The notes beneath the pieces are model-generated. The model ran no database searches and was not told the DNA's origin. It worked only from the letters and a program-made list of their open reading frames with translations. 64,000 bases of DNA from a virus (lineage: Duplodnaviria; Caudoviricetes): IMG/VR virus record IMGVR_UViG_3300011337_000669; one strand, 5' to 3'. Shown here piece after piece: positions 58,514 through 64,000 of the stretch; position 1 is the first letter of the stretch; each line of letters starts with the position of its first letter. Position numbers and translations under genes: made by a program.

Positions 58514-58643
58514 TAGTCAGGACAGGATTCGAACCTGTAAAATAGTTTAACAAACTATTGGTGTGCACTACCTTTAAGGTTTCTAAGTCTTACAAGTTAT
58601 TATGCTTTACTTCCCGAGCGTCTACCAATTCCGCCACCTGACT
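58514..58643 (-). ncRNA. tRNA-like scaffold element E6 (130 nt)
   Basis: Full AGUCAGGUGGCGGAAUUGGUAGACGC 5' end; centre with AAUAGUUU/AAACUAUU hairpin. Confidence 0.72.
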
Positions 58644-58749
58644 ATTGTTTTAAAAGATTAACCATTCAGGAGCTTCACCTGCTTTTGATAGGACTGATAC
58701 CTCCAAGTTAATGGTCAATATCGAGCTTTTTACTTTAGTTAATCTTTTG

Positions 58750-58882
58750 TAGTCAGGACAGGATTCGAACCTGTTACAATAGATTCAATTGGTTTCCCAT
58801 CTTTTGCAGGTTATTACACTATCTCAGATTTTCGCCCTACTCATAGTTTATTATACCGCTATTGTACTTCCGCCACCTGACT
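58750..58882 (-). ncRNA. tRNA-like scaffold element E7 (133 nt)
   Basis: Same acceptor and T arm, unique centre. Confidence 0.65.
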
Positions 58883-58887
58883 ATTTT

Positions 58888-59025
58888 TTAGATATAAATT
58901 TGAATTATTAAGAAAGGGATTTCCAATGAAATATATCTACGATTTGGTATACTAGAAGTCCCCCATGCTATCATCAATCCTATTTGATTGGAAGTCATTA
59001 ATCTTCCCCATTTATACTCTTTCAT
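58888..59025 (-). CDS. 45 aa peptide, copy B
   Basis: Identical protein to 57981-58118. Confidence 0.7.
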   Translation of the reverse strand: MKEYKWGRLMTSNQIGLMIAWGTSSIPNRRYISLEIPFLIIQIYI

Positions 59026-59036
59026 ATATTTTTTAT

Positions 59037-59246
59037 TTATTTCTCCAAAACGTACTTCATCATCTCTTGCATCTTGATAATCATAAGTTCCATTTCGTCC
59101 TTACTAAGATACAACCTACCGTTTAATGTTTTATCATCCAACTCCCTGACTTCAACTATGATACCATCAAACATCTCAGTTGGATAAATTTCAACATTCT
59201 GTTCTTCAGTTGCAATAACTGTTTTGTTCCAAACTTTATTTTTCAT
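59037..59246 (-). CDS. Hypothetical protein
   Basis: 69 aa ORF. Confidence 0.55.
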   Translation of the reverse strand: MKNKVWNKTVIATEEQNVEIYPTEMFDGIIVEVRELDDKTLNGRLYLSKDEMELMIIKMQEMMKYVLEK

Positions 59247-59249
59247 AAC

Positions 59250-59834
59250 TTATTTCTTTTTGAATTGTTCAAACCATTGTTCTAATGTCATCTTCTTTCC
59301 TGCTAACAAATCTTCTGTATGCTTATAAAGTATATTTAATACTTCTTCCTCACTATACATTCTTTCTTCTTTAGGTTTTTCTTTTGGAAGAAACATATAT
59401 GTTTCTTTTGGAATGATTATTTTGTAACCAAACTTTTCAAACCCGTATGAATTAACAGAAATTTCAGAGCCATATTCATTTAATGCAACCAATTCCACTT
59501 CAACTTCCTCACAACTTGAGTTCTTAACAAACCATTGTAAAAACTCATCATCAATAGCTTGAACACCATATTTGATTAAGTCTCGGTCTGTTGTTAGGAC
59601 TACTGGGTTAGAAGCACTTTCTAAATCTTTAGACATCAAATATGACACTTGAACTAATCTACCATATTTAGTGATAACATAATCACTATCGTTAATATCT
59701 TCATCAGAAGTGATGTAGATATTTACTTCATCATCACAAACTGAATTTTTATACTCACTTGTAATCGTCAAATTATCTTCAATTAAATGCAGCCTACTTG
59801 GTTTATCTGTTGGTAATATGTGAATGTTTTTCAT
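59250..59834 (-). CDS. Hypothetical phage protein
   Basis: MKNIHILPTDKPSRL...IYITSDE...IDDEFLQWFVKN...MYSEEEV pattern seen in Bacteroidetes phages. Confidence 0.65.
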   Translation of the reverse strand: MKNIHILPTDKPSRLHLIEDNLTITSEYKNSVCDDEVNIYITSDEDINDSDYVITKYGRLVQVSYLMSKDLESASNPVVLTTDRDLIKYGVQAIDDEFLQWFVKNSSCEEVEVELVALNEYGSEISVNSYGFEKFGYKIIIPKETYMFLPKEKPKEERMYSEEEVLNILYKHTEDLLAGKKMTLEQWFEQFKKK

Positions 59835-59927
59835 GGCTTTTACAGTTTAAGTTCCTTTCTTATTACTCCACTAATGTCCGAAAAAGATTTTAGAATTCCA
59901 AGAGGTTTATCAATTATTTATCTTTTG

Positions 59928-59952
59928 AAGCCAGGACAGGACTCGAACCTGT
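59928..59952 (-). repeat. 3' half (T arm plus acceptor strand) of a scaffold element, E8
   Basis: ACAGG-UUCGAGU-CCUGU-CCUGGCU directly after the stop of 59958..60149; no matching 5' half seen. Confidence 0.6.
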
Positions 59953-59957
59953 AATTA

Positions 59958-60149
59958 TTACTTACGGAAAATATCCCATTTATTTAATAAAGTTTGAGGA
60001 GTCCAATTATATTTCCTATTTTCAACTAACATCTTTGCGACATTTTCATATAATTCGTGGTATAATTGTTTATAATCAATATCACTAACATCAGCCATAT
60101 CCAATTTGGGTGTCTCTGCTTTATTAAAATCCTTTTCTTCTTTTTTCAT
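59958..60149 (-). CDS. Hypothetical protein
   Basis: 63 aa ORF between E9 and half-element E8. Confidence 0.55.
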   Translation of the reverse strand: MKKEEKDFNKAETPKLDMADVSDIDYKQLYHELYENVAKMLVENRKYNWTPQTLLNKWDIFRK

Positions 60150-60168
60150 TTAATCTTAATTTTAATTG

Positions 60169-60308
60169 TAGTCAGGACAGGAATCGAACCTGTAAATTAT
60201 TAAGTGTTTCATTCTATAAATCTCTCTCACCATTACGTTTAGAGTAAGTTTTTAATTCATTATAGAGAACTACACAGGTTTTAACGTTTGCCATTCCGCC
60301 ACCTGACT
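60169..60308 (-). ncRNA. tRNA-like scaffold element E9 (140 nt)
   Basis: Same ends, unique centre. Confidence 0.65.
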
Positions 60309-60428
60309 AAATGTTTTTAGTTACTTTATCAACACTTCTCCAAGAACCACCTCGGCCAATTTATATCAATTTCACTTAGGTTACGTCATGATTCTACTGG
60401 TTAGGCGTCCTCAATCTAAACCTGTTTG

Positions 60429-60506
60429 TAGTCAGGGCCGGACTCGAACCGGATAAACAACCATTTCTGGATTCGGGAACCAATCCCTCATTACGTCCAC
60501 CTGACT
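60429..60506 (-). ncRNA. tRNA-like scaffold element E10 (78 nt)
   Basis: Same acceptor; T arm UCCGG-UUCGAGU-CCGGC; close relative of E12. Confidence 0.65.
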
Positions 60507-60717
60507 ATTTTAATATTTCATTTTTTCTACCACTAACAGTTTCAACTAACCAAGCAGTCTCAATTAACTCTAAATAAGATATTGGTTTTCCTCTATCAGT
60601 ATCACAAATAACTTTTTGTCTTTGTTCACAGTAATATCCTTCGGAAGTTAATCGAAATTCCTCACCATCAGACATTCTAACCAAATCACCTTTTCTCCAA
60701 GCACTTAACACATTCAT
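60505..60717 (-). CDS. Hypothetical protein whose TAG stop overlaps E10
   Basis: 70 aa ORF; stop shares 2 nt with the acceptor stem. Confidence 0.55.
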   Translation of the reverse strand: MNVLSAWRKGDLVRMSDGEEFRLTSEGYYCEQRQKVICDTDRGKPISYLELIETAWLVETVSGRKNEILK

Positions 60718-60738
60718 ATTTTTTATTTAAGTTGTTTG

Positions 60739-60829
60739 TAGCCAGGACAGGACTCGAACCTGTAACTTTTGTCTTTTGGTTCCGAAAATCGGATTACTCA
60801 CCAACACGCTACCCTTGCGTCACCTGACT
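60739..60829 (-). ncRNA. tRNA-like scaffold element E11 (91 nt)
   Basis: AGUCAGG/CCUGGCU acceptor (one G:U), same T arm. Confidence 0.65.
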
Positions 60830-60830
60830 A

Positions 60831-60965
60831 TTATAATTTCCACCACCTACCACATATTTGACATTCTTGTGGTCCGTAAGCTTTATGCATTTTATGTTTA
60901 TCTAAAACAAAGTCATGTACAAATAAACACCGTACGTTTCCAAATTGTCTAATAATCCATTTCAT
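60831..60965 (-). CDS. 44 aa putative zinc-binding peptide (not in ORF track)
   Basis: MKWIIRQFGNVRCLFVHDFVLDKHKMHKAYGPQECQICGRWWKL; C/H...CxxC; stop 1 nt before E11. Confidence 0.6.
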   Translation of the reverse strand: MKWIIRQFGNVRCLFVHDFVLDKHKMHKAYGPQECQICGRWWKL

Positions 60966-60979
60966 ATATTTTTCATTTG

Positions 60980-61057
60980 TAGTCAGGGCCGGACTCGAAC
61001 CGGATAAACAACCTTTTCAGGACTCAGGAACCAATCCCTCATTACGTCCACCTGACT
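60980..61057 (-). ncRNA. tRNA-like scaffold element E12 (78 nt)
   Basis: Near-copy of E10 with four central substitutions. Confidence 0.65.
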
Positions 61058-61066
61058 GTGTTGATA

Positions 61067-61098
61067 CAAATATGGTAAACTATTTTCGATATGCCAAA
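61067..61098 (-). promoter_or_regulatory. Candidate promoter driving the scaffold-element array
   Basis: Minus strand TTTG (61095-61098), 20-nt spacer, CATATTTG (61067-61074; one mismatch to TAnnTTTG), 10 nt upstream of E12. Confidence 0.5.
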
Positions 61099-61099
61099 T

Positions 61100-61861
61100 T
61101 TATTTTTTTCTCGTTTTAGAATTCCTATTATTACCAACTCCAGCACATGTTCTCGAACAATATACATTTTCTTCTTGACATGATTTTCCACATACTCTAC
61201 ACTCGTTCGTTAACTTTTTATGCGGGTTTTCTTCATACAAACGTATAAAATCTTTTCCATATTTACCTTCAACATACTCAAACTCTTTTTTCAAATTTTC
61301 CTTGTATATTACTTGCAGGTTTGAGACGGATTTTAATTTTGTTCGTATGTGTTCATCCGTATACCCTTTAATTTCAATCAACTCACCATTTATAATAAAA
61401 TCCGGAACATACTTTCTTTTTTTGCCTTCCCAAACATATTCAAATTCCTGAGTGTTTCTAACAAAAGAGTTCCCATGTTCAATGTTGAAGATGACCCAAG
61501 CCAGTTCATAACTACTATCACACCAATAACCTTTATACCACCCACCCTTACCGACACCAGAACCTTTACGATATCCACCCGAACATTTCGTCCAACATTC
61601 TGCATGATATTTTTTCGGTTTCCATTTTGTGTGGATTATTTCATTACCACAAAATAAACAAATGGATTTAACTAAACTTTCTTCACCTGATGTTTTTCCC
61701 TTGTTCCAAGGGATCTGACCCAAATTCGAATTTCTTTTCTTTTCATTAGTTTTCTCACTGAAAACTCTACTATTCCTACACTGTATGGTACAATAGTTAA
61801 TCAACCCTTTAGTGGGGGTAAACTCAACACCACATTTCTTACAATTAGACATACAATCCAT
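61100..61861 (-). CDS. Zinc-finger plus PD-(D/E)xK endonuclease-like protein (homing type)
   Basis: CxxC repeats; SSYELAW...YVPDFII...IEIKGY. Confidence 0.7.
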   Translation of the reverse strand: MDCMSNCKKCGVEFTPTKGLINYCTIQCRNSRVFSEKTNEKKRNSNLGQIPWNKGKTSGEESLVKSICLFCGNEIIHTKWKPKKYHAECWTKCSGGYRKGSGVGKGGWYKGYWCDSSYELAWVIFNIEHGNSFVRNTQEFEYVWEGKKRKYVPDFIINGELIEIKGYTDEHIRTKLKSVSNLQVIYKENLKKEFEYVEGKYGKDFIRLYEENPHKKLTNECRVCGKSCQEENVYCSRTCAGVGNNRNSKTRKK

Positions 61862-61913
61862 TTAATTATAAATATCAAGTCGAACCCGAAAAGTAATCGT
61901 GATTACTAAAAAG

Positions 61914-61985
61914 TATTGCTATGGGGATTCGAACCCCAGACTCCTCATAGAAAGTGAGACGTGATAACCCCTTCACTATAGCAAC
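61914..61985 (-). tRNA. tRNA-Glu(TTC)
   Basis: GUUGCUA/UAGCAAU-A acceptor, UCUCA-CUUUCUA-UGAGG anticodon arm; own TATCTTTG promoter at 61996-62003. Confidence 0.88.
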
Positions 61986-62036
61986 ATTTCAAGGACAAAG
62001 ATACTACAATATTTCAAAGAACAAAAATAAGTCATA

Positions 62037-62072
62037 AAAAAACCCCAAACTTTTTTTAAGAGTTCGGGGTTT
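62037..62072 (-). terminator. Intrinsic terminator after the 29 aa peptide
   Basis: AAACCCCGAAC/GTTTGGGGTTT stem followed by T run on the minus strand. Confidence 0.75.
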
Positions 62073-62109
62073 GAAAAATTAGTTTTTACAAGTAAAAAAA
62101 ATTTCTATC

Positions 62110-62199
62110 TTATGACATCCGAACTACAGGGCAAATAGGTTCATAACAACAATTTTCTTGTTGATTATTACTGATGATATTATGACTTGTAGTTCTCAT
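62110..62199 (-). CDS. 29 aa peptide with own promoter and terminator
   Basis: MRTTSHNIISNNQQENCCYEPICPVVRMS; upstream TTTG-19 nt-TACATTTG. Confidence 0.5.
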   Translation of the reverse strand: MRTTSHNIISNNQQENCCYEPICPVVRMS

Positions 62200-62258
62200 T
62201 GTTCTATAATTACTTCAAATGTATGAAATGTTTTTATTTTGTCAAATGTTTTTTTTCG

Positions 62259-62330
62259 TAGCCCCACCAAGACTCGAACTTGGAACATCTGCTTAGAAGG
62301 CAGAAGTTATATCCCTTTAACTATGGAGCC
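62259..62330 (-). tRNA. tRNA-Arg(TCT)
   Basis: GGCUCCA/UGGGGCU-A acceptor, UCUGC-CUUCUAA-GCAGA anticodon arm. Confidence 0.9.
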
Positions 62331-62343
62331 ATAATCTATTGAA

Positions 62344-62508
62344 TTACTTCAATAAATCAATCTTTTTTGCAACTTCTTCGGCTTCCGCCATAAGTTTGTC
62401 CGCTTGTGCTCTGTTGGAATGAGAAGCCTTATACGCGTCTTCCATCAACTTTTTGTAAGTTTCCTGTAACTTTTCCTTCTCAGTCTTCTTCTTGAATATT
62501 CCGAACAT
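62344..62508 (-). CDS. Lacal_2735-family-like small protein (54 aa, not in ORF track)
   Basis: MFGIFKKKTEKEKLQETYKKLMEDAYKASHSNRAQADKLMAEAEEVAKKIDLLK. Confidence 0.7.
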   Translation of the reverse strand: MFGIFKKKTEKEKLQETYKKLMEDAYKASHSNRAQADKLMAEAEEVAKKIDLLK

Positions 62509-62551
62509 AATTTAGAATTAACACTATCGTCTTTGAAAGTTTATTTAACGT

Positions 62552-62797
62552 TTATGCCTTTCGGCTAGATAATTTACTTTCAAGTTTATCAAGACGTGAA
62601 TCTATTGTTCGATAAATGTCGTCAACAATTCTATCACGATCTCTCAGTTGATTTTCAATCTCCCTTGCGAGATATTGTTCAATCATTTCAATCTCCTTTT
62701 TTTGTTTATTCACCCTAACAAAAGCTATAACCGCAACCACAGCAACCGCAATGACCACAACTATAGACATTCCTAAAATAAATGATATTAAATCCAT
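62552..62797 (-). CDS. Small membrane-anchored coiled-coil protein
   Basis: N-terminal TM helix, C-terminal IDSRLDKLE. Confidence 0.65.
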   Translation of the reverse strand: MDLISFILGMSIVVVIAVAVVAVIAFVRVNKQKKEIEMIEQYLAREIENQLRDRDRIVDDIYRTIDSRLDKLESKLSSRKA

Positions 62798-62833
62798 ATG
62801 ATTTTCTCCTTTATTTCAAAGAACGATAGTGTC

Positions 62834-62919
62834 TGGTATCAGAGATGGGAGTCGAACCCACACGAGCTTTCGCCCAGCAAATTTTAAGTCTGCCATGTAT
62901 ACCATTTCATCACTCTGAC
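62834..62919 (-). tRNA. tRNA-Leu(TAA)
   Basis: GUCAGAG/CUCUGAU-A-CCA, GCAGA-CUUAAAA-UUUGC anticodon arm, variable arm. Confidence 0.9.
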
Positions 62920-62945
62920 ATTATTTAACAAATATAGTGAAAGTT

Positions 62946-63596
62946 TTAGATACTTTCAACCCGATTTTTCATTATCTCACAGTATTTCTCATCCACCTCG
63001 TAACTGATAGAATCAAACCCCAACTCTTTTGCAACTTTACTGGTGGTACCACTACCACCGAAAACGTCGATGATTGTTTGGTTCGGTTCCGCAGTTGTTA
63101 AGATAATTCTTCTGATAACTTCCTCAGGGATTTGACAAGGGTGTTCGGTCTTTTCCTTACTCACATTCTTTACCTGATTGATTTCCCACCAATCATAAAG
63201 TTTTGCTCCCGTCTTTCCTTCGGCAATTCGTTGTTGAATCCTTTTATCTTTGAGATTTTTGTATGGTTGTCTAACCTTTCTAAAATCAGGTTTGCATCCC
63301 CACCATGAAATTAAACGACTTTGTTTCCCTGTGTTTGAATTATACACCCAACAAACAACCTGTTCACACTTGGCGTTTATTGCCTTTGGTAACAAGTTGA
63401 TTGTTTCTTCAGGGTAATGAATGATTACACAAGGGGTGGGTATTTTGGATAATAGTTCAATATAATCCTCTTCACTTAACTTGTCTTTGTATTCGTTGTA
63501 CGAATATTCTTGATTATAAGGTGGGTCTGTAATTGTTAATCCTTTCGGTATGACGCAGTTTCTGAAGTCGTCATTGATAATTGTTGTTTCCACCAT
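62946..63596 (-). CDS. DNA N6-adenine/N4-cytosine methyltransferase (beta class)
   Basis: TDPPY catalytic motif, HPCQIP, DVFGGSGTT SAM motif. Confidence 0.9.
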   Translation of the reverse strand: MVETTIINDDFRNCVIPKGLTITDPPYNQEYSYNEYKDKLSEEDYIELLSKIPTPCVIIHYPEETINLLPKAINAKCEQVVCWVYNSNTGKQSRLISWWGCKPDFRKVRQPYKNLKDKRIQQRIAEGKTGAKLYDWWEINQVKNVSKEKTEHPCQIPEEVIRRIILTTAEPNQTIIDVFGGSGTTSKVAKELGFDSISYEVDEKYCEIMKNRVESI

Positions 63597-63613
63597 AAAA
63601 TTAGTTAATCACC

Positions 63614-64000
63614 TTAAAATTCTTCTTCCCATATTGTATTGGTTTCATCCAACATGGTATTGTATGTGTGTTGTAATATAACTGTTTTTTCATTAAAATC
63701 AAACTGGAATTCTCCTTGAGATCCTTCATTAATTTCCCAACCTCCGAAGTTATCACTCAATTGTTGATAACACCATTCTTCTACTGCTCCTGGTGATGGC
63801 TCTCCATTATCAAAATCCGATTCGATGTATCCACTATCCCCACCTCCATTATACTTCAAGGTCAAATAACCATCTTCAGGAATTGAGACATCATCGAAAA
63901 CACCTTTTTCTTCCCACTCTTCAATCATATCATCGTATTCGATCCCCATTGAATCTCCCTCAGTGAAATAACTATAGATGTGAGTTAAGGATATTTCTCT
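63614..64000 (-). CDS. Acidic hypothetical protein, frame open to the window edge
   Basis: YNGGGDSGYIE and GWEINEGSQG motifs; no stop between 63949 and 64000. Confidence 0.6.
   Translation of the reverse strand, partial: REISLTHIYSYFTEGDSMGIEYDDMIEEWEEKGVFDDVSIPEDGYLTLKYNGGGDSGYIESDFDNGEPSPGAVEEWCYQQLSDNFGGWEINEGSQGEFQFDFNEKTVILQHTYNTMLDETNTIWEEEF

Noticed and set aside
121-61657. Short antisense or overlapping ORFs in the track (e.g. 121..438, 26272..26830, 34549..34926, 48080..48343, 48981..49340, 57317..57571)
   Set aside because: They shadow longer well-supported genes or RNA elements and show low-complexity mirror composition.
62037-62199. Attenuator leader controlling tRNA-Glu
   Set aside because: tRNA-Glu has its own promoter (61996-62003) downstream of the terminator, and the peptide has no Glu-codon run.
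1-64000. Stop-codon reassignment (TAG or TGA recoding)
   Set aside because: Capsid, portal, terminase and ClpC are uninterrupted in code 11, TAG and TGA both end genes, and no suppressor tRNA was found.
1-64000. Bacterial chromosome or simple prophage
   Set aside because: T4-like head module, own sigma factor, homing endonucleases and dense small ORFs, with no housekeeping operons or integrase; host-like genes are interleaved with phage genes.

Overview
64 kb of a large AT-rich tailed phage with T4-like head genes, most likely infecting Bacteroidetes (TAnnTTTG/TTTG host promoters, Bacteroidetes-type bS21, DUF4494- and Lacal_2735-like proteins, a TonB-dependent receptor/lipoprotein pair). Layout: 0.1-12.7 kb glycosyltransferase/methyltransferase/sugar-epimerase cluster with phoH; 12.7-22.8 kb sigma factor and putative virion/baseplate genes; 22.8-38.9 kb minus-strand head module (major capsid, scaffold, prohead protease, portal, large terminase) with rpsU in the opposite orientation; 39-44 kb ClpC-like ATPase, peptidases and a tmRNA with an atypical tag; 44-48 kb TonB receptor plus lipoprotein; 48-49.6 kb three tandem paralogous ORFs whose 3' ends are 36-nt repeat/30-nt unique spacer arrays (CRISPR-like geometry, in frame, no cas genes in the window); 53.9-63 kb RNA-rich region with 7 conventional tRNAs, about 13 tRNA-Leu-like elements with hypervariable centres alternating with small ORFs, and other structured RNA candidates. 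The two strongest candidates for undescribed systems are the coding CRISPR-like arrays (48.26-49.46 kb) and the tRNA-scaffold element array (56.5-61.1 kb). All assignments are from motif recognition by eye; no database searches or folding programs were run, so novelty is unverified.
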